Assembly: GCA_029858255.1 (NCBI GenBank)
Contig: JAOUFJ010000002.1
Location: 10,637-74,636, forward strand
Direction of reading: 5' to 3'
DNA: 64,000 bases
From: a candidate division WOR-3 bacterium
Lineage (GTDB): Bacteria; Hydrothermota; Tepidihabitantia; SM23-42
The position numbers and the translations under genes were made by a program. The notes under the pieces are model-generated. The model saw only the letters and a list, made by a program, of their open reading frames with translations. It was not told where the DNA came from and searched no databases. Within the stretch, counting starts at the first letter, position 1. Each line of letters opens with the position of its first letter. Below are positions 29,015 to 39,009 of the stretch, in pieces.

Positions 29015-31414
29015 TTGCAGGAGAGATTCACCGAGCGGGTGAGGAAAATATTACACCTTGCTCATGACGAAGCATTGAAATTCAAAAACAACTTTATTGG
29101 CACCGAGCACCTCTTGCTGGCCATGATAAAAGAAGGCGAAGGTGTTGGTGCCATGGTTTTAATAAATTTAGGCATCGAACTCAACGAGTTGCGAAAGAAT
29201 ATCGAGAGTTCCATCCGTACCGGGCCCGGTGGCAAGATAGATGTTCCTTTCAGTAACGAATCGAGAGTATGCCTTAACTACGCGATGGAAGAAGCAAAGA
29301 ATTTCGGCCATTCCTATGTCGGCACCGAACACCTACTGCTTGGTATTATCAGAACGCCAGAGAGTCTTGGCGCGCAGGTGCTTGAATCTGTTGGGGTCGA
29401 CTACGAGACTGTCAAGAACGAGATCATCCAGCTCTTGAGACCTGAAGGCGTCATGACCAGCAAAGCACGCGGCAAGCAGAGGGGTTCAGCACTCGACCTT
29501 TTCTCCCGAGACCTGACCCAGCTTGCGCGTGAAGAGAAACTGGATCCGATCATCGGTCGCGAGAATGAGATCGAGAGGGTCATCCAGGTATTATCCCGAC
29601 GCAAGAAGAATAATCCCGTCCTCGTCGGTGAGGCCGGTGTCGGTAAAACCGCAATCGCCGAAGGTCTTGCCCAGGATATCATCGCGAGCAATGTCCCGGA
29701 TTCCTTGAAGAATAAAAGGGTGGTCGCATTGGATATGGCGTCGGTCGTTGCCGGCACGAAATACCGGGGGCAGTTCGAAGAGCGGCTGAAGGCAGTCATC
29801 AACGAGGTGACGCGTAACAAGGATGTCATACTCTTCATAGATGAACTGCACACCATCGTCGGAGCCGGAGCTGCCGAGGGCGCCATCGATGCATCGAGCA
29901 TACTGAAACCAGCATTGGCAAGGGGAGAAATCCAGTGTGTTGGCGCAACTACCCTGGAGGATTACCGCCGCTACATCGAGAAAAATGGGGCCCTGGAGCG
30001 CCGTTTTCAACCCATAATGGTAAACCCGCCAACGGTTCAGGAAACGATCAATATTCTACAGGGATTGCGAAAGAAGTATGAGGACCATCACCAGATAACA
30101 TATACGGATGAAGCGTTGGATGCCGCTGCTCGTCTATCCAATCGGTACATCACTGATAGATTCCTGCCCGATAAAGCAATCGACGTCATCGATGAGTCAG
30201 GTGCCAAGGTGAAACTATCGAAGATAGTGAAGAATGACGAAACCGCCGCGCTGGAAATGAAAATTAATGAGATAAAGGTCAGGAAGGAGAAACTGGTAGC
30301 CGAGCAGAAATTTGAACAAGCTGCCCATCTGCGTGATGAACAGAGAAAACTGACCGATGCATTACAGCAGCAAAACAAGACCACCGCCACTATTCGGCCT
30401 ACCGTGAACGAGGAGGATGTTGCCTTCATAGTCTCGCGCTGGACAGGTATTCCAGTCTCAAGGATCGAAGAAGGGGAATCCAAGAGACTACTCAAAATGG
30501 AAGAAGAGCTGAAAAAGAAGATCGTCAGCCAGAACGAGGCAATTTCGGCAATAGCAAAGGCTGTCAGACGCAGTCGAGCAGGGGTCAAGGATCCCAGAAG
30601 ACCTATCGGCTCATTCATCTTTCTGGGGCCAACCGGCGTGGGCAAGACTGAACTTGCCAGAAGGTTAGCCGAATTCCTTTTTGGTGATATCAATTCGTTG
30701 ATAAGTCTCGATATGTCCGAATTCATGGAAAAATTCAATGTTTCGCGTCTAATTGGCGCACCCCCAGGATACGTTGGTTACGAAGAAGGCGGCCAGCTGA
30801 CAGAGAAAGTGAGAAGAAAGCCGTATTCGGTAGTCCTTTTTGACGAAATCGAAAAGGCACATCCGGATGTCTTCAACATTCTGCTCCAGATACTGGAGGA
30901 TGGCCAATTGACGGATTCGTATGGCCGGCGCGTTGATTTCAAAAACACGGTTGTTATCATGACCTCAAATATCGGCACTGCTGAGATCAAGAGGAGCGAT
31001 GGCATCGGCTTCATGAAAGTCGATGATGCGGTTTCATACGAGAAAATGAAGATTCGGCTCATGGAAGAGGTCAGGAAGCTTTTCTCGCCGGAGTTCCTCA
31101 ACCGTATCGACGAAATAATTGTCTTTAAGAAACTGAGTAAGGACGATATGAAGCAAATCATTGAAATTCTCATACAGGAAGTGGAAGAGAGACTCCGTGA
31201 GAAGAATATGAGATTGGAACTGGATGAAACAAGCAAGGAACTGCTCGTTGAAACGGGATTCGACGCTGAATTCGGCGCCCGTCCGCTGAAAAGAATCATT
31301 AGAAAATTAATCGAAGACCCGCTTTCAGAAGAGATCCTCAAAGGAAACATCAAAGAGGGTAAACGTATTAAACTCGTGAGGTCGGGAGAAAAGATCGAGT
31401 TCACGCAGAAATGA
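29015..31414 (+). CDS. clpC: ATP-dependent Clp protease ATP-binding subunit
   Basis: Two Clp-N repeats, two Walker A motifs (GEAGVGKT, GPTGVGKT), UVR coil, IGF loop; TTG start after AAGGAGG. Confidence 0.96.
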   Translation: MQERFTERVRKILHLAHDEALKFKNNFIGTEHLLLAMIKEGEGVGAMVLINLGIELNELRKNIESSIRTGPGGKIDVPFSNESRVCLNYAMEEAKNFGHSYVGTEHLLLGIIRTPESLGAQVLESVGVDYETVKNEIIQLLRPEGVMTSKARGKQRGSALDLFSRDLTQLAREEKLDPIIGRENEIERVIQVLSRRKKNNPVLVGEAGVGKTAIAEGLAQDIIASNVPDSLKNKRVVALDMASVVAGTKYRGQFEERLKAVINEVTRNKDVILFIDELHTIVGAGAAEGAIDASSILKPALARGEIQCVGATTLEDYRRYIEKNGALERRFQPIMVNPPTVQETINILQGLRKKYEDHHQITYTDEALDAAARLSNRYITDRFLPDKAIDVIDESGAKVKLSKIVKNDETAALEMKINEIKVRKEKLVAEQKFEQAAHLRDEQRKLTDALQQQNKTTATIRPTVNEEDVAFIVSRWTGIPVSRIEEGESKRLLKMEEELKKKIVSQNEAISAIAKAVRRSRAGVKDPRRPIGSFIFLGPTGVGKTELARRLAEFLFGDINSLISLDMSEFMEKFNVSRLIGAPPGYVGYEEGGQLTEKVRRKPYSVVLFDEIEKAHPDVFNILLQILEDGQLTDSYGRRVDFKNTVVIMTSNIGTAEIKRSDGIGFMKVDDAVSYEKMKIRLMEEVRKLFSPEFLNRIDEIIVFKKLSKDDMKQIIEILIQEVEERLREKNMRLELDETSKELLVETGFDAEFGARPLKRIIRKLIEDPLSEEILKGNIKEGKRIKLVRSGEKIEFTQK

Positions 31415-33609
31415 TGTTTTTCTTCTTCCTCTTGAGTTACACAGTAGCCGACATCGATGTCGAGGCCAAGTGGTCGGATCATCAATTGATAATCGAGTCG
31501 AGTGGCATCGAGGTCGGCAGTACGTTCGAAGATGTACAAATACGCGAAGCTATTGAAAACCTCTCAAAACTGCGGCTCTTCAATTTCATCGCGGTGGACA
31601 CGTCCATCGTGGGTGATGGAATATTCGTGAGAATCATCGTTGATGAAGCACCTTATTTGAAGGGTGTTCCTCAATTCACTGGCAATAAGAAAATAAAGGA
31701 CGGTGATTTGATCAAAAAGATAGAGCTCCGCGCCGGTCAGATACTCAATGACAAGACAATCTTTGATGCCCACAGCAAGATTCTCGAGCTCTACAAGGAA
31801 AAAAATTTCCATGAAACACAGGTCAGCGAAAGTCTGTCCGTCGATTCCCTGAACAAAGCGAAATTGTTCTTCGCCATAAGTGAAGGCATTGAACCGCGGA
31901 TCGGAAAGATAATAATCGAAGGTAACACGGCGATCATGGACAAGAAAATCAAAGGTAAGATGTCGACAAGAGAAGCCGGGTTTTTGAAATCGGGCAGGCT
32001 CATCAAGGAAAAACTAGACGAGGATATCGACAAAATAGCGGCACTCTACAAAGAAAACGGATTCCTCGACGTGGTAGTGCACGAACCCATCGTCGAAGTG
32101 AAGAACAATAGATTCATCATTACTATTGGCGTTGAAGAAAATCAGAAATACTATGTGGGTGAAATAACCTTTGAAGGAAACACATTATTCTCGGAGACCG
32201 TGCTGGAACGTGCAATGAAGCTTCATAGCGGTGACGTATATAACCTCGGCTTTGCTGAAGAGAGCATTCAGAATATGTACACCCTCTTTGCAGATGAGGG
32301 GTACATCTATTGCTCCATAGTACCGCTTGAGAACGTTCGCGACAGTATAATAGACATCGATTACGGGATCACCGAATCCTCACCGGCAAACGTCAAACTG
32401 GTCACCATTACTGGTAATAATCGGACCCGTGAAAAAGTCATCCGGAGGGAGATCATCACAATGCCCGGCCAGCGATATCGAAGGTCGGATGTCATCAGAA
32501 GTCAGCGCGAAATATTCAATCTCGGATTCTTCGAAGACATACAGATAATGCCAGGTAACCCCGACAGTGAAGGTAACATCGACATAATATACGATGTGAA
32601 GGAAAAAGAAGGCCTGGCTACCGTAGGCGCCGGAATTGCCTACTCTCCGCAGGATAAGGCAACAGGCTACGTCGAATTCTCCCATCCGAATCTCTTCGGT
32701 CGCGGGCAGCGCCTATACACAAAATTCGAACTGGGCGGAAGATTGACAAATATCCAGGTAGGTTTTACCGAACCGTGGTTGTTCGACACAAGAACCTCTG
32801 CGGGCATGGACGTATACTACGTGAATAGGTTGTACGAATACTACACAAAAAGAGACATTGGGTTTGCCACCCGCGTATCACTACCATTTTACCTCGATTA
32901 TACCAGATTCAGTTACGGTTTCAGAACTGAGAGAACGCAGATACTTGATATCGCCAGGTCCTACACTCCACCTTCGACAGGATACAGTCTGTATGATGAT
33001 ACCATACCCAAGTGGACGATCGCTAATTCTTTCTCGATCAGCAGGGACTCGCGCGATTACATATTCAATGCATCCAGCGGTTCGTATATTTCGCTCGGTG
33101 CCGAATTCGCCAAGAAGATTCTATATGCAAATATAGATTACAATCGATATACGATTGATGCCAGAGCTTACTTCCCGCTCATCTGGAAAATATCACTAAT
33201 GACACGTATCAGTGCTGGCGTTGTAACTAGCTCTGATGAAGTTCCGATCTACAAACGCTTCTACGCAGGTGGAATTGGCACCGATGGAGTGCGTGGCTAT
33301 CCCGACCGCTCGCTGTCACCCATCGAGGATGGAAGGGTTGTCGGCGGTAGTGCTGTCTTAGTAAACAACCTGGAATTGAAGCTCAAATTGTCCCAAGGGA
33401 TGGCATTCGTTCTCTTCTTCGATGCCGGAAACACTTTTACTTCTTACCGTGACATGAATCTTCATAACCTTTACCGTGGTGCGGGTGCGGGTATCAGAGT
33501 TGAAGTTCCGATGATCGGAGTCATGGGTTTTGATCTCGGCTACGGTTTCGACCGGGAAAATCCGGGTTTTGAACCGCATTTCCAGATAAACCCGTTTGGC
33601 ATGTTCTAG
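31411..33609 (+). CDS. bamA: outer-membrane protein assembly factor
   Basis: POTRA repeats (GNNRTREKVIRRE), NLFGRGQ, FTEPWLF, VRGY, FFDAGN, terminal Phe. Confidence 0.95.
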   Translation: MMFFFFLLSYTVADIDVEAKWSDHQLIIESSGIEVGSTFEDVQIREAIENLSKLRLFNFIAVDTSIVGDGIFVRIIVDEAPYLKGVPQFTGNKKIKDGDLIKKIELRAGQILNDKTIFDAHSKILELYKEKNFHETQVSESLSVDSLNKAKLFFAISEGIEPRIGKIIIEGNTAIMDKKIKGKMSTREAGFLKSGRLIKEKLDEDIDKIAALYKENGFLDVVVHEPIVEVKNNRFIITIGVEENQKYYVGEITFEGNTLFSETVLERAMKLHSGDVYNLGFAEESIQNMYTLFADEGYIYCSIVPLENVRDSIIDIDYGITESSPANVKLVTITGNNRTREKVIRREIITMPGQRYRRSDVIRSQREIFNLGFFEDIQIMPGNPDSEGNIDIIYDVKEKEGLATVGAGIAYSPQDKATGYVEFSHPNLFGRGQRLYTKFELGGRLTNIQVGFTEPWLFDTRTSAGMDVYYVNRLYEYYTKRDIGFATRVSLPFYLDYTRFSYGFRTERTQILDIARSYTPPSTGYSLYDDTIPKWTIANSFSISRDSRDYIFNASSGSYISLGAEFAKKILYANIDYNRYTIDARAYFPLIWKISLMTRISAGVVTSSDEVPIYKRFYAGGIGTDGVRGYPDRSLSPIEDGRVVGGSAVLVNNLELKLKLSQGMAFVLFFDAGNTFTSYRDMNLHNLYRGAGAGIRVEVPMIGVMGFDLGYGFDRENPGFEPHFQINPFGMF

Positions 33610-33739
33610 TATTGAAATACGGTATCATATACACTCGACGCGCGGCAATGCACTATCATCCAGGAGAGCATGGCAAAAAAGTAAGGCGTGGTGTCCTTTC
33701 TGTGGATGGTATGGAAAGATTATTCAATCTGGAGGACAG

Positions 33740-34684
33740 ATGAAGAAATTGCTTTTCCCGATACTTTTCTTGCTGAGTATCACGGTCGCAAGGGAGGTCA
33801 AGATTGGTCTCGTTAATGCTGAACGCGTTATGAATGAGTACCAGGCGACAGCAGCAGCAACGGCTGAGTTCAATCAATATGTTTTTACGTTCCGGGATTC
33901 GGCCTCGATATTGAAAAGAAAGATCGATGAGCTGAAATCTGAATTAGCGACGCAGGAGCTCCTCCTGTCCGAAGAGGCGAGACTGAGAAAAATTGATGAA
34001 ATCGAAGCATTGACAGAATCTTACAATCAGTTCCTTCAGAACATATTCGGTACACGTGGAAAGGTCGAACAAAAGAATGATGAGGTGATGGCTCCACTAC
34101 TTGAAAAGATCAACAACGCGATCACAAAAATCGCCGAGCAGGAGGGATTTGAAATCATCCTCGAGCTCTCTGAGGGTGTCTATTATGCACTGAGTGAACT
34201 AGACATCACCGATATGGTCATCAACGAGTTAAACCTTGAATACGGACCGACAACGCTGCCAACCGGTGAGATGAAGAAGGTCATCGTCATTTTTCCGTTC
34301 CGTGAAGAGAATCCTGAGGCGATAAATGCGGGGCTCAGTCAAGTATGCCAGGATGAATTGTACCGTACGATCAGGATTTTCAGCGGCCGGTATACAATTG
34401 TCGATAAAACCACGATCAACATGGAGATAGTGAAACGAGGATTGGGAGTGAACATTATAGACGATAATCAGGCTTATGAGCTCGGAACATCGATGCTGTG
34501 TGACTATATTATTACGGGAAGGGTGTCAAAGGTAAGTGCCAAGATCGAATATACGGTCATGATAAAGAACGTAAAAGAAAAGACGGAGATATCCCGGAGA
34601 ACAAGCAGCGTGACCGAATTGGTGAAACTCTACGAGGCGCTCAACAATGATCTGAGGGCGCTGCTCGATAAGATTCAACAGTGA
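33740..34684 (+). CDS. OmpH/Skp chaperone fused to a C-terminal CsgG/FlgO/TolB-N-like domain
   Basis: KIGLVNAERV, coiled coil, IAEQEGFEIIL...DITDMVI Skp core, then ~135 extra residues; SD GGAGG. Confidence 0.85.
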   Translation: MKKLLFPILFLLSITVAREVKIGLVNAERVMNEYQATAAATAEFNQYVFTFRDSASILKRKIDELKSELATQELLLSEEARLRKIDEIEALTESYNQFLQNIFGTRGKVEQKNDEVMAPLLEKINNAITKIAEQEGFEIILELSEGVYYALSELDITDMVINELNLEYGPTTLPTGEMKKVIVIFPFREENPEAINAGLSQVCQDELYRTIRIFSGRYTIVDKTTINMEIVKRGLGVNIIDDNQAYELGTSMLCDYIITGRVSKVSAKIEYTVMIKNVKEKTEISRRTSSVTELVKLYEALNNDLRALLDKIQQ

Positions 34685-34703
34685 TTTAACGATTCAAGAA
34701 CCA

Positions 34704-35156
34704 TCATCTGGGCTGTAGTCTCTTGACCTCTTTTATCATCTCCCTGATCTCGCGTTCGAATTCATCCTGGAATATCAGATACTTCGCCTGCTGGCTGGGT
34801 GTAAGCATAGTCCGGATCTCCCTCATTTTATCGATCTGGCGCTCTACTCTGTCCCTGAGAATCTTCTCGTAAGCACCCAGTGATTCCGTTATTTCATTAT
34901 CAGAAGCGCCGGTTCCGAGCAGCTCCTTGAGGTGAAGAAGTATTTCCCGCCGCTGCTCGCGAAATTCGTTGTCGATCTTGTGCAATTCATTCAACTTGGG
35001 AAAAAATTCGATCGCCTGTTCAGTGCTTAAATCGAGTTCCTTTGTCAGACGATAAATCCTAACTTTTTCGATTATTTCCCGGGGATCTCTGGAATCGCTT
35101 TCCTGACCGTGCGAAAATGCCACGAGAATCAGGGAAAAAACGATGAACGCCTTCAT
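34704..35156 (-). CDS. Spy/CpxP-like periplasmic helical protein
   Basis: Signal peptide; LDLSTEQ and LTPSQQ motifs; SD AGGAGG. Confidence 0.75.
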   Translation of the reverse strand: MKAFIVFSLILVAFSHGQESDSRDPREIIEKVRIYRLTKELDLSTEQAIEFFPKLNELHKIDNEFREQRREILLHLKELLGTGASDNEITESLGAYEKILRDRVERQIDKMREIRTMLTPSQQAKYLIFQDEFEREIREMIKEVKRLQPR

Positions 35157-35186
35157 ACTGCCTCCTATAATATGCCGGTACACATG

Positions 35187-35738
35187 CTATGTGCCGGACC
35201 GATACTTTCTATGTAACGCGATAATAAGTGCTTCCTCCTCTTCGCGGGTCAATTCATCGATTGCTTCTTCATAATCAGGCAACAGATGATCCTCTATTAG
35301 AGTGAGTTCTTTCACCATCTGTCTGTCCACGGTACCGGCGACGACAAGGCCAGCAATATCTTCATCTTCAATGAGTTCGGCAACAGGTATATTGAATTCA
35401 ACAGTGCCGTTACGGGGCCATAAGATTATCAGCAGTAGCGCGGCGGCGGCAAGAACAGGTATCAGGATTTCCGGCAGGAGCCGTGGCAGCCTGGATCTTG
35501 GCCGCGACAGCCATACCGTGTGACGGACGTTCGTTTTCATTCCCTCAAATACTTCAGCAGGATGCAGCGTAACGTTATCTGAATTCATCAAACCATATTG
35601 CCGTTTGATTTTTTCATATTCCCGCGTGCATTCCACACAACGCGAAAGATGATTAAACAACTCTTCACGCTCTCTCGAACCCAGCTGTTCTTCGAGGAGC
35701 TCGACCATCTGTTCGCGCGTCCGACCACAATCTCTCAT
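35187..35738 (-). CDS. zinc-finger (ZAS/zf-HC2) anti-sigma factor
   Basis: HLSRCVEC (HxxxCxxC) motif, single TM helix, downstream of an ECF sigma gene. Confidence 0.85.
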   Translation of the reverse strand: MRDCGRTREQMVELLEEQLGSREREELFNHLSRCVECTREYEKIKRQYGLMNSDNVTLHPAEVFEGMKTNVRHTVWLSRPRSRLPRLLPEILIPVLAAAALLLIILWPRNGTVEFNIPVAELIEDEDIAGLVVAGTVDRQMVKELTLIEDHLLPDYEEAIDELTREEEEALIIALHRKYRSGT

Positions 35739-36256
35739 AGCCAGTCCTTTAAGTATGCCCGTAATTTCCGCACTGCGTGGTGATGATTAGCCTTTGCAGC
35801 ACCCTTGCTAATTTCCATGATCTCCCTATTCCTCCGAAAGTGTATCCCTCGTAGTGGCGAAGAATGAAAGTCATCCGCTGTCTTTCAGGCAACCTTTCGA
35901 GCGCTCTATCTATGGCTACCTTCATTTGTGTTCGCTCTCGCAGCGCGTCTGCAGGTACCTGATGCTCTCGACAGAGGCAATGCAAACCGCTCGCCTCTTT
36001 TAAACGAAATGCACGTGTTAACCGTGATCCTGTAGATCCATGTGAACAACCTAGCCCGTTCATTGAATTTAATGAGGTTTCTATAGACCTTGATAAGAAC
36101 CTCCTGATTGATGTCGCGCGCATCTGCTTCATTCCTTGTATATTTATAACATGTCCTATATACCGGGATCGGGTACTTCTCAACGATCGGGTCGAACACC
36201 TGTTCTTCGCCTCTCTTAGATATTCGAACCAGAATCTCATCGTCTTGGTCACTCAC
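35735..36256 (-). pseudogene. ECF RNA polymerase sigma factor with two frameshifts
   Basis: Region 2 (DARDINQEVLIK..FTWIYRITVN) is in one frame, LPERQRMTFILRHYEG in a second, and EIMEISKGAAKANHHHAVRKLRAYLKDWL* in a third that ends over the anti-sigma ATG. Confidence 0.8.
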
Positions 36257-36263
36257 TTTATTG

Positions 36264-36289
36264 GACGCTTGAATTATGACAGCGGTTTA
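36264..36289 (-). promoter_or_regulatory. putative autoregulatory ECF promoter
   Basis: TAAACC-N16-CGTC, 7 nt before the sigma GTG; no SD. Confidence 0.5.
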
Positions 36290-36347
36290 GAAAACCAACG
36301 GCAGTTGACTAACCTTAATCGTTGTACAGACGCGGGTTGGCTCTTAG

Positions 36348-36524
36348 CTACTCTTCTTCCTCGGTATAGGGCTCAAACTGGTCCTTCTCGGCACCGCATT
36401 CAGGACACACCCACTCATCCGGCAGATCCTCAAATGATGTACCGGCTTGAACGCCGTTGTCAGGATCACCAAATTCAGGATCATAGATGTATCCACATAC
36501 CGTGCATTGCCATTTGACTATCAT
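36348..36524 (-). CDS. rubredoxin
   Basis: [12 protein letters not shown]...[20 protein letters not shown]. Confidence 0.96.
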   Translation of the reverse strand: MIVKWQCTVCGYIYDPEFGDPDNGVQAGTSFEDLPDEWVCPECGAEKDQFEPYTEEEE

Positions 36525-36548
36525 AAACCTCCCTTTTTGAACCTGCAA

Positions 36549-36576
36549 ATTCTACAGAATAAGTCCAAGCTGTCAA
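36549..36576 (-). promoter_or_regulatory. sigma70-type promoter of rubredoxin
   Basis: TTGACA-N16-TAGAAT. Confidence 0.8.
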
Positions 36577-37949
36577 GAGCTCAGCAATCCGGCATACAAC
36601 TGAGCATATTTCTTTGCCGACTCTTCCCAGGAGAAGTCATATTTCATGCAACTCTCGGACAGGCTCCTGTACTTCTCGGCTTGTCTGAAAACATCACGGG
36701 CAGTCTCCGCAGCACTGGCAAGCGCTCTGCCACTATATTCGGTGAAAAGAAATCCATTTCCAGACAAGTTCTCACTGTCGAATTCATGTACAGTATCAGC
36801 AAGCCCACCGGTACTGCGAACGATGGGCACGGTACCGTATCTCAAACTGATCAGCTGGCCCAATCCACACGGTTCGTATTTGGACGGCATGAGGAAAAAG
36901 TCACTCCCAGCATATATTCGATGCGCCAGTTTATTATCAAACTTGATGTTCACACACAAGCGACCATGATAGACGTCCTGGAGTTTAAGTAGTTTGTGAT
37001 GATATGATTCCTCACCAAAACCGAGAATGATCATATTGTAGCCCATCTTGATTATCTCATCCAGGGCACAGAGCAGGATGTCAAATCCCTTCTGGCCAGC
37101 GATCCGTGATACAACGCCGATGAGTGGTCTGTTTGTGTCTAGGCCATGATCGGAGCAAAGCCGCGATTTGTTGCGCTGTTTACCGTCGAAATCAACGTAT
37201 TGCTCATACAGAAGTTTATCCGAACTGGGATTCCATTGTTCGTAGTCAATTCCGTTAAGGATCCCGTGGAGATCGTTGGCACGTGTCCTCAGTACCCCGT
37301 CCAAACCAAAACCCAGTTCGGGGGTTTGTATTTCTCTGGCATAATTTGGTGAGACAGTCGTGACAGCATCAGCATATACAATACCCGCTTTGAGGAAATT
37401 CACATCACCGTAGAATTCCAAGCCTCCCGGCGAGAAGTATTTTTTCTCGATTCCCAGTATCGGGAACTTATCCTTGGAAAATTTCCCCTGATAGCCGAGA
37501 TTGTGGATGGTGAAAACGCTACGGGCTTTCAACCGCTTAGATTTCATATATAGCGGCACCAAACCCGATTGCCAGTCATGGCAATGAACTATGTCATAGG
37601 ATTCCCTTTCCAGCACCTTTAGAGCTGCTCTGCAGAAGAAAGTGAATCGTTCGCAATTGTCGGGAAAATCACCGCTGGAGTCACCGTACAGCCCATCTCG
37701 TGCGTAGAAATCTCTGTTGTCAATAAATATATAGTTATCCTGCCGGTAATAATCCACACGGTGGTCAACGGCCATTTTCAAATGCGCCGACCATTCCTTC
37801 TTTCCTCCGATGCCTTTGTAGCGTGGCAGGATGATCTGAGTGTCGATGCCTGAATTGACGAGTGAACGTGGTAATGCGCCCGCGACGTCGGCCAGACCGC
37901 CGGTCTTGGCAAAAGGTACCGCCTCAGATGCTATGAAAACGACCTTCAT
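36573..37949 (-). CDS. glgA: glycogen synthase
   Basis: PFAKTGGLADV, HCHDWQ, TIHNLGYQG and EPCGLGQL motifs. Confidence 0.96.
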   Translation of the reverse strand: MKVVFIASEAVPFAKTGGLADVAGALPRSLVNSGIDTQIILPRYKGIGGKKEWSAHLKMAVDHRVDYYRQDNYIFIDNRDFYARDGLYGDSSGDFPDNCERFTFFCRAALKVLERESYDIVHCHDWQSGLVPLYMKSKRLKARSVFTIHNLGYQGKFSKDKFPILGIEKKYFSPGGLEFYGDVNFLKAGIVYADAVTTVSPNYAREIQTPELGFGLDGVLRTRANDLHGILNGIDYEQWNPSSDKLLYEQYVDFDGKQRNKSRLCSDHGLDTNRPLIGVVSRIAGQKGFDILLCALDEIIKMGYNMIILGFGEESYHHKLLKLQDVYHGRLCVNIKFDNKLAHRIYAGSDFFLMPSKYEPCGLGQLISLRYGTVPIVRSTGGLADTVHEFDSENLSGNGFLFTEYSGRALASAAETARDVFRQAEKYRSLSESCMKYDFSWEESAKKYAQLYAGLLSS

Positions 37950-37999
37950 TTTATATTTTGTTTTGAACGCTCAGAGATACCTCCAACAGCGGTCCCCGG

Positions 38000-39001
38000 T
38001 CAAATGATGTTCTTGAGATACGCCGCTGAATCCTCTGGACCGGTTGGGTTAATATAGAAACCTGTCCCCCATTCGAAACCCGCAATATGCGTGAGAACCG
38101 GAATGATCTCCAGGTGGTAATGATAGAAATCAATACCACCCATGGTTATTGGCACAGTATGGATGATATAGTTATAAGGTGGCGTATTGAGCGCTTTCTT
38201 CAGGCGCATTAGGCAATCCTTTAGAATAGCGGCCAAGTCCTTCAATTCTCCAGTTGTGGCATCTTCGAAATTGGAGCGATGGTTTCGCGGAAGTATCCAG
38301 CATTCAAAGGGAAATCGCGGGGCAAAGGGACATACGAGAATGAACGAGTTGTTTTCACTGATCAAACGCTTTCTCGCCTTTGTTTCCTGAACCACGATGT
38401 CACAGAAGATACAGCGCTCGCGGTATTCATAATACCTTTTTGCGCCGTCCATCTCTTCCATGACTCTCTTGGGGACAACTGGAGTCGCGATCAACTGCGA
38501 GTGACTATGCTCGAGCGAGGCACCTGCTGCAGCGCCAAAGTTCTTGAATACCATCACATAGCGGAGACGCTCGTCTCTTTTAAGGTCAAGTATTCGCTGC
38601 TGATAGGCATACACGACATCGCCGAATCCATTCAAATCCATGTCAGCCAGATCCTGCTCATGTACAGGTGTTTCGATGATGACCTCATGAGCTCCGATGC
38701 CATTCATACGGTCGTAAATCCCCTCGCCCCGTCTGTCGATCTCTCCTTCGATCCTCAGTGCAGGGAATTTGTTGGGTATAACACGCAGTTTCCAGCCAGG
38801 TGCATTAGGGGCCGAGTTATCCGTACGGATGGCGTATATTTCAGGCGGTGTCGCTGACTCATTACCAGGACAAAAAGGACATTCCTTCGGTGTTATTTTC
38901 TTAGATTCGGGGGAAAATTTGAAATCTTTTGGGCGCTTCGCGCGCTCGGTGGAAATTATTACCCAGCGACCTAAGACAGGATCTTTCCGTAGTTCTGGCA
39001 T
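38000..39001 (-). CDS. galT: GalT-like nucleotidylyltransferase, paralog 1
   Basis: ELRKDP, CPFCPGNE, GAHEVIIE and GASLEHSHSQ motifs. Confidence 0.88.
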   Translation of the reverse strand: MPELRKDPVLGRWVIISTERAKRPKDFKFSPESKKITPKECPFCPGNESATPPEIYAIRTDNSAPNAPGWKLRVIPNKFPALRIEGEIDRRGEGIYDRMNGIGAHEVIIETPVHEQDLADMDLNGFGDVVYAYQQRILDLKRDERLRYVMVFKNFGAAAGASLEHSHSQLIATPVVPKRVMEEMDGAKRYYEYRERCIFCDIVVQETKARKRLISENNSFILVCPFAPRFPFECWILPRNHRSNFEDATTGELKDLAAILKDCLMRLKKALNTPPYNYIIHTVPITMGGIDFYHYHLEIIPVLTHIAGFEWGTGFYINPTGPEDSAAYLKNII

Positions 39002-39009
39002 TAACCTCT

